The position numbers and the translations under genes are program-made. Below are positions 37,625-47,553 of a stretch of DNA of 64,000 bases, in pieces (within the stretch, counting starts at the first letter, position 1; each line of letters begins with the position of its first letter). The notes under the pieces were generated by a model. The model was not told the DNA's origin. It ran no database searches and saw nothing but the letters and a program-made list of their open reading frames with translations. Source of the DNA: Fimbriimonadia bacterium (GTDB lineage Bacteria; Armatimonadota; Fimbriimonadia; Fimbriimonadales; JABRVX01); assembly GCA_041483895.1 (NCBI GenBank), contig JBGPGO010000004.1, forward strand, positions 172,590-236,589. Direction: 5' to 3'.

Positions 37625-40483
37625 ATGCGGTTTGCGGTCGTCTGTTGTGGACTCTCTCTCGCGTTCAACGCTTTGGCCGCGAACAAATTAGGCATTTTGC
37701 CGGACGGCGAGAGATACGTAAAGGGCCAAATCATTGTTGGGCTTGACCATTCCACCAGCAACTTGGTGGTCGGGCAGAGCTTCTTGCAAGGCAAGGTCAA
37801 GCGAGTTTATCCAGCAATTCATGCGGTTCTTCTTGTATTTCCAACGAACCTGCCGATATCGGCTCTCCTCTCGCGTCTCGGACACAATCAATCGGTCTTG
37901 TTTGCCGAGCCAGACGTGATTTATCACGCTGCCGACTACGTTCCAAACGACCCTGACTGGTCCAGCCAATGGGGACCGGAGCGCATTGACTGTCCAAAGG
38001 CCTGGGACTTTGCCAAAAGCGACTCGAGTACGTTAGTGGCGATAATTGACTCCGGAGTCAACTACAACCATCCGGATCTCTCCGCGCATTACGCCGGCGG
38101 TACCGATTTTCAGGACAATGACTCCGATCCGATGGATGTGGACGGGCACGGAACTCATGTTGCGGGCATAGCGGCCGCCGTGCCGGACAACGGGTTGGGA
38201 ATCGCCGGCGTGGCTTTCAATTCACGATTTCTTGCCATCCGGGTCGGTACAAACAACACCTTTCCAGAATCTAACATTATCGCAGGCATCAATTGGGCGG
38301 TGACCAACGGTGCTCACGTCATCAACATGAGTTTGGGCGGATACGGGTACTCAAGTGCGATGCAACTCGCTATTGATAGCGCATGGAGTTCCGGTGTCGT
38401 GGTCTGTTGCGCTGCTGGGAATGATAGTACGACTCAGCAATTTTATCCTGCGGCGATGACCAACTGCATTGCCGTCGCGGCAACGACCGGCACGAATACG
38501 CTCGCGCAATTTTCCAATCGCGGCACATGGGTAGACATTGCGGCGCCTGGCTCGGGAATCTATTCTACCGAGATCAATGGCTATGGACTATTGTCTGGGA
38601 CTTCGATGGCATCGCCGATGGTAGCAGGCACCGCTGCGCTGCTGTATCAATCGATCGGGGGCGTGCGAAATCTGACGAATGCGGCGACCGTGCGCGCCGC
38701 CATCCAAGACAGCGCCATCGATTTCACGCAAGAGATTTCTGGCGGAAGGCTCGATACCTACCTTGCCGCACTATTGGTATATAACGTCCCTCCAAGTTGG
38801 GTATCGCAATTCTCCGACCAAGCGTGGTCTGAGGCGATCCCTTCCGAGATCGTAATCGATACCACTGGAAATTCATTCATGAGCTTGCGCGGCACGGGCA
38901 ATGGCAACGATGTGGCCATTCTCCGAAGATACGGCCCGACGGGCACTGTCGCTTGGAGTCACCCACTCTTGCCGAACGACCAACCTACGGCTTTGGCGTT
39001 AGCTGGTACTAACCTGTGGCTAGCGAAAAACGGATTTCAGATATTGCGATTTGACACTGTCTCGGGAGCGCTCCAGAACACCTGGGGCCTATCCCAAGCA
39101 TCTCCAGTCGATTTCCCGTCTGATTTGGCCGTCGACTCTCTTGGAAATGCCGTGATTTTGGGTCCCATTTCCACCAACAAGTTCCTGCTCGGCAAGGTGG
39201 CTAATCCCGGCGGCGTTCAATGGCAAACACAGTTTGATACGATTTATCCATACAAGAGTTGCTTGGTGAAAACAGACGGTCAGAACAATATATATACTTC
39301 CACAACTCAAAAGCCGCCTTTAGGATGCCCAGTTGCGGTAGCCCTGACAAAGTTCACACCGTCCGGGTCAGTAACATGGGAGAAAGTGATAGGAACGCAG
39401 CCATGTCCGATTGTGATCACGCAAGATGGACTAGATATCAACGCCGGCGGTAATCAAATTGCGATTACCGGAACCATTCAGTTGCAAGGCAATGTGCCAC
39501 CTGCGCGATATCTATACGTTTACGATAACAACGGCAACATAAGTTGGCAGTGGCTGATCAATGCCAACGGTGGGCCGCCTGCATCCATGGACGCCGGCGG
39601 ACTATCTTTCGATCCGACGGGGGCTCTCGTAGTGCTTGCCACTGAGTATAACAACGGCACATCCCATTATGCGATTCGTGTCATAAAATACGCTCCAAAC
39701 GGGGCACTGGTATGGGATAAAACATACAACTTGCCCGATAGCGCGCCGCCCAACATCAACTACACAAATCGCCCCCAGTTCGATTCTGCCGGTAATGTGT
39801 ATGTCTGCGCGATGGCGCAGTTTCCAAACGGCACGAAAAAAGACTCAATTACAGTGAAATTCAATTCAAATGGCAAGCTGATGTGGGCAAGCCGCTATCC
39901 GGGTGTTGCCGCGAATTTCATCGTCGGCAATCTGATGGTGGTTTCGCCTGGCGGTACAGTCATTTTGGCGGGAACCTCGGAACCGACGATTACGACGCAA
40001 GGCAACACCGTGTTCAGCTATCAGGTTCCAGGCGGTGGAAACACTGCCACCGGAAGCGTTGGCGGCCACGTTGATCTTGATGGCTACGTTGGAAACGTTG
40101 GTCTCGTAGGAGAAATCGAGATTCGGGAACCCGCAACCGGGACTGTTTTGAGTGCCGGCAATGTCAATATTGGAGTTGCCGGCGACTATGTTCTTGCAGA
40201 AATGCCGACCGGCGTATACGATATCTCCCTAAAGTGTCAGAACTGGCTTCGGCAAACGATCCATAACGTGACCGTTGCAAAAGGGGCAGTGTCTCTTGAC
40301 TTCGCGCTGATTAACGGGGACGCCGACTGGGACAACCTCGTCAGTCTTCCCGACCTGAACGAAGTTTTCGTCGACTTTGGCACAGATGACGCCGATGGCG
40401 GTGATCTCGACCACGACGGCCTTGTCGGTCTCCCCGATCTAAATTTCACCCTCGTTTATTTCGGGACCCAAGGGGATCCATAG
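37625..40483 (+). CDS. S8 subtilisin-like serine protease with a beta-propeller-like region and dockerin-like C-terminus
   Basis: IIDSG, GHGTHVAG, AAGND, GTSMASP; repeated xDxxGNxY blades; NGDADWDNLV..DLDHDGLV..FGTQGDP. Confidence 0.93.
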   Translation: MRFAVVCCGLSLAFNALAANKLGILPDGERYVKGQIIVGLDHSTSNLVVGQSFLQGKVKRVYPAIHAVLLVFPTNLPISALLSRLGHNQSVLFAEPDVIYHAADYVPNDPDWSSQWGPERIDCPKAWDFAKSDSSTLVAIIDSGVNYNHPDLSAHYAGGTDFQDNDSDPMDVDGHGTHVAGIAAAVPDNGLGIAGVAFNSRFLAIRVGTNNTFPESNIIAGINWAVTNGAHVINMSLGGYGYSSAMQLAIDSAWSSGVVVCCAAGNDSTTQQFYPAAMTNCIAVAATTGTNTLAQFSNRGTWVDIAAPGSGIYSTEINGYGLLSGTSMASPMVAGTAALLYQSIGGVRNLTNAATVRAAIQDSAIDFTQEISGGRLDTYLAALLVYNVPPSWVSQFSDQAWSEAIPSEIVIDTTGNSFMSLRGTGNGNDVAILRRYGPTGTVAWSHPLLPNDQPTALALAGTNLWLAKNGFQILRFDTVSGALQNTWGLSQASPVDFPSDLAVDSLGNAVILGPISTNKFLLGKVANPGGVQWQTQFDTIYPYKSCLVKTDGQNNIYTSTTQKPPLGCPVAVALTKFTPSGSVTWEKVIGTQPCPIVITQDGLDINAGGNQIAITGTIQLQGNVPPARYLYVYDNNGNISWQWLINANGGPPASMDAGGLSFDPTGALVVLATEYNNGTSHYAIRVIKYAPNGALVWDKTYNLPDSAPPNINYTNRPQFDSAGNVYVCAMAQFPNGTKKDSITVKFNSNGKLMWASRYPGVAANFIVGNLMVVSPGGTVILAGTSEPTITTQGNTVFSYQVPGGGNTATGSVGGHVDLDGYVGNVGLVGEIEIREPATGTVLSAGNVNIGVAGDYVLAEMPTGVYDISLKCQNWLRQTIHNVTVAKGAVSLDFALINGDADWDNLVSLPDLNEVFVDFGTDDADGGDLDHDGLVGLPDLNFTLVYFGTQGDP

Positions 40484-40517
40484 CCAGGCAGCGTGTCTCA
40501 TAGGAACTTTCGGTTGA

Positions 40518-41555
40518 ATGCCGAACCCTATTGCCAACGCTTTTGACCGGGAGGGCATCAAGTTGAGCATTCGATGTGCGGTGGTTGGGTACGGTTCGCA
40601 GTTTTCTATGGGAAGGCATCATGCCACGGAGATTGGCAAGACGCCGGGACTGGAGTTGGCGGCGGCCTTTGACGCCGATCCGGAGAGGCGGCAGGCGGCG
40701 AGGGAGGACCATCCGGAGGTTTTTGTGCCTGAGACCTATGAAGATCTCCTGGCCAATGCCGCCATAGACCTCTGCATTCTGGTCACCCCGCACGACACAC
40801 ACGCGCCCCTCTCGATTGCCGCGAACAAGGCCGGTAAGCATGTGCTAACGGAGAAAGTGATGTGCCTAAATGTGGCGGAATGCGATGCGATGATCGCCGC
40901 CGCGCGAGACGCCGGGAAGATGCTGACCGTGTACCAAAATCGTCGGTGGGACCGCGACTATCTGACGGTCCGAAAGGTGCTGAAGTCCGGCATCCTAGGA
41001 AATCTGTTTCATATTGATAGTTCGGTCAACGGTTGGTGGTATCCGGCGGGCTGGCGCGGTGTCAAGAAGGCGGGCGGCGGAATGCTCTATGATTGGGGCG
41101 CCCACCTTTTCGATCAGCTCATCCAGATTATGCTGCCGGCCAAACCCAAGACCGTGTTTTGCACGCGGAATAAGGGTGTGTGGACGGACGTGGATATCGA
41201 CACGCAGAACAACGCGACGATTGTCTTTGATAACGGCGTGGTTGGTCAGATCGATGTCGGCTGCATGTCCCGGACTCCGCGGTCGCGATGGCTCATCCGG
41301 GGCGAAAAGAGCTGCCTGCATATGCCGGATTGGGACCACGCCGCCGCGAAGATGGAGATCGATGGCGTTGTCGGCACGATGGATGTGGAGATGGAAAAGG
41401 ATGACTGGAACGGCGTGTATCGCAACATCTCCGAGCACCTGAACGAGGGCAAAGAGCTGATCGTCAAACCGGAAGAGGTCCGCATTGGCATCGCGGCCAT
41501 CGAGGCGGCGCTCAAATCGGCGGAATCAGGACGATCGGCTGATGTCGTTAGCTAG
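40518..41555 (+). CDS. Gfo/Idh/MocA oxidoreductase
   Basis: VVGYG, GKHVLTEKV, YQNRRWD, GGGMLYDWGAH. Confidence 0.93.
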   Translation: MPNPIANAFDREGIKLSIRCAVVGYGSQFSMGRHHATEIGKTPGLELAAAFDADPERRQAAREDHPEVFVPETYEDLLANAAIDLCILVTPHDTHAPLSIAANKAGKHVLTEKVMCLNVAECDAMIAAARDAGKMLTVYQNRRWDRDYLTVRKVLKSGILGNLFHIDSSVNGWWYPAGWRGVKKAGGGMLYDWGAHLFDQLIQIMLPAKPKTVFCTRNKGVWTDVDIDTQNNATIVFDNGVVGQIDVGCMSRTPRSRWLIRGEKSCLHMPDWDHAAAKMEIDGVVGTMDVEMEKDDWNGVYRNISEHLNEGKELIVKPEEVRIGIAAIEAALKSAESGRSADVVS

Positions 41556-41564
41556 CTTGGGATG

Positions 41565-41906
41565 CTAAGGGGTATCGGGTGGCACAATCGGCTCCAGCGC
41601 TGTGATCAGTTCCGGAATCGAAACCTGAATCGCTGTCCAGACCTTCCCAGCATCTATCGCAGCATAGTTATGAATCAGAAAGTTGCGCATGCCCACAATG
41701 ATTCGCCACGGGACGCGTGGATGTGCATCCCGAAATTCCGTCGTCACTTTGCTGGCCGCTTCACCAATGATGGCAATGGACCAAAAGGACACGTACTGCA
41801 AATCCTCACTCGCTTCGAATTGATCCAGAGTAACTGCGTCGAAGCGTTCTTGCAGCTTCTTCGCTTCAGTCAACATATCCAACAGGTAACCTTCATCCTT
41901 TTGCAT
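41565..41906 (-). CDS. HepT-like (DUF86) HEPN toxin
   Basis: YLLDML, IIGEAA, VPWRIIVGMRNFLIHNY (Rx4HxY). Confidence 0.92.
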   Translation of the reverse strand: MQKDEGYLLDMLTEAKKLQERFDAVTLDQFEASEDLQYVSFWSIAIIGEAASKVTTEFRDAHPRVPWRIIVGMRNFLIHNYAAIDAGKVWTAIQVSIPELITALEPIVPPDTP

Positions 41907-42207
41907 AAATGACCATTGCCGAACGAAGGATGTGCTTGCGCTTAATGTAATTGGGGCTCTTTTCGACAAATCGCTTTTCAACGATATCTACGGGCCGTCC
42001 GAGCACTTCCGCGAACTCGTCCTCCAAATCGAGGATTTTGGGCCACCCTGGATCGTAACCCTGCTCGTATGTCACCAATAGATCGACATCGCTGGACGCG
42101 GTGTTCTCACCACGTAGCGTGGATCCAAAAATTGCCAACTCGCGAATGTGCCACTTCGCGCAAATCGAGGCTAGTACTTCGTCTGATAATATCGGAGGAG
42201 AGCCCAT
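41893..42207 (-). CDS. MntA-like nucleotidyltransferase antitoxin
   Basis: IFGSTLRGE..SSDVDLLV..LGRPVDIV. Confidence 0.92.
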   Translation of the reverse strand: MGSPPILSDEVLASICAKWHIRELAIFGSTLRGENTASSDVDLLVTYEQGYDPGWPKILDLEDEFAEVLGRPVDIVEKRFVEKSPNYIKRKHILRSAMVIYAKG

Positions 42208-42250
42208 TGATATTCTATATTATTGCCTCAAACAACAGGAAGTTGCTAGC

Positions 42251-43222
42251 TTAGTGCCACGGTTCCCCTTCGGTTAGCAGCCAATCGACCAGGTGACGGC
42301 GGCTTGCAATGGCGAGCGCGATCGCCGTGTCTGCCGCGCCATAGTACATATACACTTCGTCCGTAGCCTCTTTGTAGACAAGCCCGCACGGAAAGACGAC
42401 ATCCGCCACATCCCCGACGCGCTCATATTCCTCTTCCGGCGCAAACACCCAGATCGGACCGCGGCGAATCACCTTGGTTGGATTCTCCAAATCCAACAGC
42501 GCCAATCCCAAGCGATAGATGGACCCGGACGGGGTCCGCCGCACACCGTGGTACATGATGATCCATCCTTCCGGCGTTTCCAACGGGGGCGGGGAGAGCC
42601 CGATTCGGTTGGCATCCCACCAGGCACCGCGTCGCGCTTCCAGGAGTACCTGGCTGCGGCCCCAGTGGATCAGGTCCGGCGAGAATGATATCCAGATGTG
42701 CGCCCCCGCCTCCCATGCGGCGGGAACCGGGCGATGGATCATCGCCCATCGGCCGTCGAAGCGGTGCGGGAACAGCGATGCGTCCTTGTCTTCCGGCGGC
42801 AGCACCACTCCCCGGCGCTCGAACGTGCGGAAGTCCTCTGTCAGCGCCAGGGATACCAGCGGGCCGCTGGAAGAGTAGGCCGTATAACAAATCGAGTATT
42901 TTTCCAATTCCGCCAGATAGACGATGCGCGGATCTTCGATGCCCCATAGCTCTTCCGGATAGTTTTCCGGGTCCGCCATCAGGGTCGGCTTTTGGTCCAC
43001 AACCCAGCCGGTTACCCCATCCCGGCTTCGGGCCGCGGTCAAGTGGGAATGGCCCCTTCTGTCTTCTACCCTTGCCATCAGGAGGGTTGAACCGTCCCGC
43101 AGCAGCGTGGCGCCGGGGTTGAACACCGTGTTGGCGGCATACGGCCATCGGGACGCGGTAAGGACTGGGTTTTGGGGATGACGAACAAAAAGCTCGTCGA
43201 TCGGTGAACGGGAAATCTTCAT
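42251..43222 (-). CDS. GH130 family glycoside hydrolase/phosphorylase
   Basis: VFNPGA, GIEDPR, DKDASLFP, MIHRP, YHGV, VVFPCG, YYGAAD. Confidence 0.93.
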   Translation of the reverse strand: MKISRSPIDELFVRHPQNPVLTASRWPYAANTVFNPGATLLRDGSTLLMARVEDRRGHSHLTAARSRDGVTGWVVDQKPTLMADPENYPEELWGIEDPRIVYLAELEKYSICYTAYSSSGPLVSLALTEDFRTFERRGVVLPPEDKDASLFPHRFDGRWAMIHRPVPAAWEAGAHIWISFSPDLIHWGRSQVLLEARRGAWWDANRIGLSPPPLETPEGWIIMYHGVRRTPSGSIYRLGLALLDLENPTKVIRRGPIWVFAPEEEYERVGDVADVVFPCGLVYKEATDEVYMYYGAADTAIALAIASRRHLVDWLLTEGEPWH

Positions 43223-43289
43223 GGGTCGCTCGCTCGCTGTTGGATACTCTCATATTCGGCCTGCCGGGTCTCATTCCTCCACTCGCGGG

Positions 43290-43318
43290 TTGACAATGGC
43301 GGGGCCGCGACCCATAAT
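43290..43318 (+). promoter_or_regulatory. tRNA-Ser promoter
   Basis: TTGACA-17 nt-CATAAT, followed by a GC-rich discriminator. Confidence 0.75.
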
Positions 43319-43329
43319 ACAAAGCGCGC

Positions 43330-43421
43330 GGAGTGGTGTCCGAGTGGTCGAAGGAGCACGACTGGAAATCGTGTAGTCGCCGAAAGGTGGCTCGTGGGTT
43401 CGAATCCCACCCGCTCCGCCA
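43330..43421 (+). tRNA. tRNA-Ser(GGA)
   Basis: GGAGTGG/CCGCTCC acceptor stem, CACGA-CT-GGA-AA-TCGTG anticodon arm, long variable arm, GCCA end. Confidence 0.97.
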
Positions 43422-43431
43422 TCTTCTCAAT

Positions 43432-44757
43432 ATGCCTAAGTTGAACCGACGCGCTCTGGTCCGGCGGACCCTGATCTACGGTATGGGCCTTCCCGCCGCC
43501 TTCCTCATTGCCGCTACCTGTGTCTATTACGGGGAGCTGCATATGAGCGCGGGCGCTAGACCGGCCAGTGAGACGGCCGACCTTCCTCCGTTTGCGGCCA
43601 CCGACCGGATTCTGATCGTCGCGCCCCACCCGGATGACGAGGCGCTCGGCTGCTCCGGGCTGATCCTACGCGCTAAGAAGGCGGGCGCCGATCTGTTCGT
43701 GGCCGTCCTCACAGACGGGGAGGCGTTCGAGAGCAGCGTGGTTATTGAGGAAAAGACGCTGCTGCCGAGCGACAGGGATCGCGCCGAATATGGCCAAAAA
43801 CGCCAATCGGAGACGTTGGCAGGCATGCGAATGCTGGGGATTCCGAGCCAGAATGTCCGGTTCTTCGGATGGCCGGATCGGGGTTTGGCGGAAAAATGGA
43901 TGTCCCGCGACGAATCCGGCATGACGGAAGAGCTGCGGCAACTGATCGACGGTGTGCGCCCGACGCAGGTCTATGTCACGCATCCGCTCGACGATCATGC
44001 CGACCATTCCGTCGCAGCAGCCTTTGTCCAGGCGGCGCTGCTCGGTTCCGACGTCCATCCTAAACTTCGCACCTATCTGATTCATCGCGGTGATTGGCCG
44101 CTGCCGCAGGGTCTATCGGTGGATTCGTCACTCGACACGCCGGAGGGATTTACCGACTATGACTCTCTCCGCCTCTCCCTGGGCAAGGACGAGGTGGAAA
44201 AGAAGAAGCTTGCTCTCGCGGAATACGGATCGCAGCGACGCCTGCTTGGCCGATTCATGGAGAGCTTCATCCGCAGAAACGAACTGTTTTTCGACGCGGA
44301 AAAGTCACCGTTGCTGCCAAAACGCGATATCGGGCTCGGCGAGCCGGCGGCCGACTGGACGGGCTTGGAACCGATTGCCATCGACCCTTCGGCGGACAGC
44401 CTGGTGCGGCAGATGAACAGCGGTTTGGACATTGAGCGCATCCTGGCCGCCGAGAGCGACGATTGGATTCATTTTCGCATCGATTTTGGTGGTCGGATCA
44501 TGCGTTCCGGCGAGTATCGGCTGGGTTTGCGGGCGTTCGATGAAGGCGGGGAGACGGTCGGTCGGTATCAGGGGTCGGTTGTGCCGGGCCGGGGGCATCA
44601 TGGGCAGTTCGTGCATTGGAGCGGCAACACGCTCGAATGGACGGTGCCTCGGTCGCTGTTTCCGGGCAGCCGCACGTTGGCAGTTCAGATCGAAACGAAG
44701 GTCCTCGGCCTTTCCATGGATCGATCGGCAATTGTGTTCTGCCGCCTGGATCAGTAG
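43432..44757 (+). CDS. PIG-L/LmbE family deacetylase
   Basis: VAPHPDDE, LTDGE, R..E, HPLDDHADH; N-terminal TM. Confidence 0.9.
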   Translation: MPKLNRRALVRRTLIYGMGLPAAFLIAATCVYYGELHMSAGARPASETADLPPFAATDRILIVAPHPDDEALGCSGLILRAKKAGADLFVAVLTDGEAFESSVVIEEKTLLPSDRDRAEYGQKRQSETLAGMRMLGIPSQNVRFFGWPDRGLAEKWMSRDESGMTEELRQLIDGVRPTQVYVTHPLDDHADHSVAAAFVQAALLGSDVHPKLRTYLIHRGDWPLPQGLSVDSSLDTPEGFTDYDSLRLSLGKDEVEKKKLALAEYGSQRRLLGRFMESFIRRNELFFDAEKSPLLPKRDIGLGEPAADWTGLEPIAIDPSADSLVRQMNSGLDIERILAAESDDWIHFRIDFGGRIMRSGEYRLGLRAFDEGGETVGRYQGSVVPGRGHHGQFVHWSGNTLEWTVPRSLFPGSRTLAVQIETKVLGLSMDRSAIVFCRLDQ

Positions 44758-45326
44758 CCGCAGCGGTCCCCGACTCGACTTCTTACGTCCGGCCATTCGT
44801 CATCGGTTATGCTGAACATCACCGTATCCCGCACGTGGCCGTCGGGCATGATCATGTGGTGGCGCAGTACGCCCTACCACACAGCGCCGGCTTTCGCAAT
44901 CGCCGCCTGACTCCGCCGATTCCTGGCATCCGTTTTGAGCTGCACCCGCACCGCCCCCAGGTCCTCGAAGGCATGGCGCAGCATCAGGTACTTCATCTCC
45001 GGATTCACAAATCCACCATGAAATGCCTTCCCAATCCATGTGTGGCCGATTTCCAACGCCCGGTGGGCGGGCCGGATGTCCAAATACGATGACGTGCCGA
45101 CCGCCTGCCCCGTCTCGCGAAGGACTGCGGCGAACGGCACCCGGCCATCCCCATGCATCGCGTCGATCCAGTTCTCGAACCCGGCGACCGTCCATTCCTT
45201 GGGCAGAACGACGAGGTAGTCGAACAGGTCTTCGGAGGCGGCATCCAGCAAGCCCGCGGCGTGCCGGGCATCCAGCGGCTCCATCCGAACGCGCGATCCT
45301 TCCAAAACGATAGGCTGGACATTCAT
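44751..45326 (-). pseudogene. RimJ/RimL-type GNAT acetyltransferase with an in-frame TAG at 44874-44876
   Basis: ..LEIGHTW..RVQLKTDARNRRSQAAIAKAGAVW*GVLRHHMIMPDGHVRDTVMFSITDDEWP..; the stop replaces the usual E of EGVLR. Confidence 0.85.
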
Positions 45327-45393
45327 GGCGACCAGGATTTTGACACCATTCTAACCCCGCGCTGGGCTAAAATAGGACTACAGGAGGTGGCTC

Positions 45394-45684
45394 ATGTATC
45401 TTGTAGTTTCCCGATGGCGGGCAAAGCCCGGGAAAGAGTCGGAATTTGAGGCAACCGCAAAGCCATTGCGAACCAAAATGCGGTCCCACCCAGGCGTCGT
45501 GATGATCGAGGCATTCAAGAACGTGGATCATTATGTGGTGGCGCACGGATATAAGGACAAAGCGGCCTACGACGCCATCGTGCAAAATCCGACCGGACCG
45601 TTCAATGAATGGGTGGAGCAATCGCACTTGGAAGATGTCGGCGATTGGGTCGGCTCGGATTCTGGCGAAACGATCGACGAATGA
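45394..45684 (+). CDS. ABM-like (dimeric alpha/beta barrel) protein
   Basis: MYLVVSRWRAKPGKESEF..HPGV; GGAGG SD. Confidence 0.75.
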   Translation: MYLVVSRWRAKPGKESEFEATAKPLRTKMRSHPGVVMIEAFKNVDHYVVAHGYKDKAAYDAIVQNPTGPFNEWVEQSHLEDVGDWVGSDSGETIDE

Positions 45685-45706
45685 GTGACAAAAAGGAGAT
45701 AGCTAA

Positions 45707-45994
45707 ATGTATCTTGTGGTTTCAAAGTGGCGGGCTAAGCCCGGCAAAGAGGATCAGTTCAAACAGGTTCGCGTGACGATGCGCGAAGCAATGCGAAGCC
45801 AACCTGGTGTAAAGATGATTGAGGGGTTTGAGGCCGGGGACTATTCGGTCGCGGTCCATGCCTATGAGGACAAGATGACGTACGATCGCATCGTCCAAGA
45901 CCCGAACGGTCCGTTCAGCAAAGCTCTCGCGCAGCATGGGATGGAAGATGTCGCCGAGTGGCTCGGTTCCGATAAGGGAGAGACGATAGATTAG
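45707..45994 (+). CDS. ABM-like protein, tandem paralog
   Basis: MYLVVSKWRAKPGKEDQF; colinear with the upstream gene. Confidence 0.75.
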   Translation: MYLVVSKWRAKPGKEDQFKQVRVTMREAMRSQPGVKMIEGFEAGDYSVAVHAYEDKMTYDRIVQDPNGPFSKALAQHGMEDVAEWLGSDKGETID

Positions 45995-45997
45995 CCT

Positions 45998-46435
45998 ATG
46001 GCTGATTTCATTCCCATCTCTGTTTCACGCCACATCGACGCTTTACCGGAGAAGGTCTACGACGCCTGGCTCGATCCTTCTTGCGCACGCACATGGCTGT
46101 TTGCAACGCCGGAAGGCGACATGGTCGTTGCCGAAGTGGATGCTCGCGTTGGCGGGAAGTTTCAGTTTGTCGATCGGCGGGATGGGGAAGACGTGCTGCA
46201 TACCGGCGAGTACCTGGAGATCGACCGGCCTCGCCGGCTTGCGTTCACCTTCGGCGTGCCTCAGTATTCCGATGCGTTTGATCCGGTAACGATTGACATC
46301 GCCCGGGAGGGCGACGGCTGCATGGTCACGCTGACACACGAGATGAATGCTGATGCGGCCGAGTGGACGGAGAGAACGCGTGAGGGTTGGGGGATGATTC
46401 TGGCCGGTCTTGCCGCGGAGATCGAGAAAGGTTAA
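45998..46435 (+). CDS. SRPBCC/AHSA1 family protein
   Basis: PEKVYDAWLDP, DARVGG, GEYLEIDRPRRLAFT, GWGMIL. Confidence 0.92.
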   Translation: MADFIPISVSRHIDALPEKVYDAWLDPSCARTWLFATPEGDMVVAEVDARVGGKFQFVDRRDGEDVLHTGEYLEIDRPRRLAFTFGVPQYSDAFDPVTIDIAREGDGCMVTLTHEMNADAAEWTERTREGWGMILAGLAAEIEKG

Positions 46436-46439
46436 GTTG

Positions 46440-46560
46440 TTTCATTGACGATCGCATTGGGCTAATAGGTTTTCATTGACGATCGCATCGTCAAGAAATG
46501 CCTCAGATTGACGATGCGATCGTCAATGAAAAATCCCCTTCACAGTGCGACTGTGAAGGG
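46440..46560. repeat. TTGACGATCGCATCGTCAA inverted repeats plus a CCCTTCACAGT-palindrome copy
   Basis: TTTCATTGACGATCGCAT twice with an inverted copy ending at 46532; CCCTTCACAGTGCGACTGTGAAGGG at 46536-46560. Confidence 0.8.
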
Positions 46561-46587
46561 AAAGACTGACCTGGAGGGAGGGCTGAC

Positions 46588-47553
46588 TTGGACAAACTGA
46601 ACTGGGGAATTCTGGGGACGGGCGCCATCGCGAAGAAGTTTGCGGAAGGGATGCGTGCGTGCGACAATGGCAACCTGGTCGCCGTCGGGTCGCGCAGCAT
46701 CGACACCGCGAAAGCCTTTACCGATGAGCACGGTGGCAAGCCGCATGGATCCTATGAGGACGTGCTGGGCGATCCCAACATGCAAGCCGTGTACATCGCC
46801 CTGCCCCACCACATGCACGCGGAATACACGATCAAATGCGCGCGGGCGGGAAAGCATATTCTGTGCGAAAAGCCGTTCACCCTCAACGCCAAGGATGCCG
46901 TGCGAGCGATTGCGGCGGTGCGGGAGGCGGGAGTGTTCTTCATGGAGGCCTGGATGTACCGCTCGCACCCGCAGACGCTAAAGGTGATGGAGCTGATCGA
47001 GGACGGGGCTATCGGAGAGCCCAGGGTGGTGCATGCCGAGTTCGGGTATGCCTCATCGCGGGATTGGCAGCATTTCAAGGTGGATGCGCGGGTGGGCGGC
47101 GGCGGACTGATGGATGTTGGCTCGTACCCCGTTTCATTCAGCCGGCTGGTTGCAGGTGTGGAGCCGACGGTGTGCGAGTACACGTGCGCCTTCGTACGGG
47201 GTTATGATGGGCACGGGGTTGGGATATTGGAGTTTCCCGGCGAACTGCGGGCCTCGTTTGGGACGGCGGTTCACGTCAATCTGGCGAATACGGCGACGGT
47301 GTTTGGTGATACCGGCCGGATCCACCTCCCCAGCCCTTGGTTTTGCGGCGGGCCGATCCTTTTGAACGACAAAGAGGTGCCGTTCGAGACAGTGCCCGAT
47401 CTGTGGGGCAACCAGGCGGGAATCGTGGCGAAGTACCTGGACGAGAAGCAGTCCCCGATGATGACCTGGGACGACACGCTGGGCAACATGCGGACGCTGG
47501 ACGCGCTCCGCGCCAGCGCGGGACTGGTGTTTGGGGAAGAGGCGAAAGCATGA
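46588..47553 (+). CDS. Gfo/Idh/MocA oxidoreductase
   Basis: WGILGTGAIA, GKHILCEKP, GGGGLMDVGSY. Confidence 0.93.
   Translation: MDKLNWGILGTGAIAKKFAEGMRACDNGNLVAVGSRSIDTAKAFTDEHGGKPHGSYEDVLGDPNMQAVYIALPHHMHAEYTIKCARAGKHILCEKPFTLNAKDAVRAIAAVREAGVFFMEAWMYRSHPQTLKVMELIEDGAIGEPRVVHAEFGYASSRDWQHFKVDARVGGGGLMDVGSYPVSFSRLVAGVEPTVCEYTCAFVRGYDGHGVGILEFPGELRASFGTAVHVNLANTATVFGDTGRIHLPSPWFCGGPILLNDKEVPFETVPDLWGNQAGIVAKYLDEKQSPMMTWDDTLGNMRTLDALRASAGLVFGEEAKA

Noticed and set aside
43333..43431. N-terminal extension of the PIG-L ORF
   Set aside because: It overlaps tRNA-Ser; the real start is more likely the ATG at 43432.
7266..44876. Stop-codon reassignment suggested by in-frame TAA/TAG in dinD, yjbQ and the GNAT gene
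   Set aside because: The stops differ and replace different residues (Y, W, E), and TAG, TAA and TGA all terminate intact core genes here (rplJ, prfB, panC).
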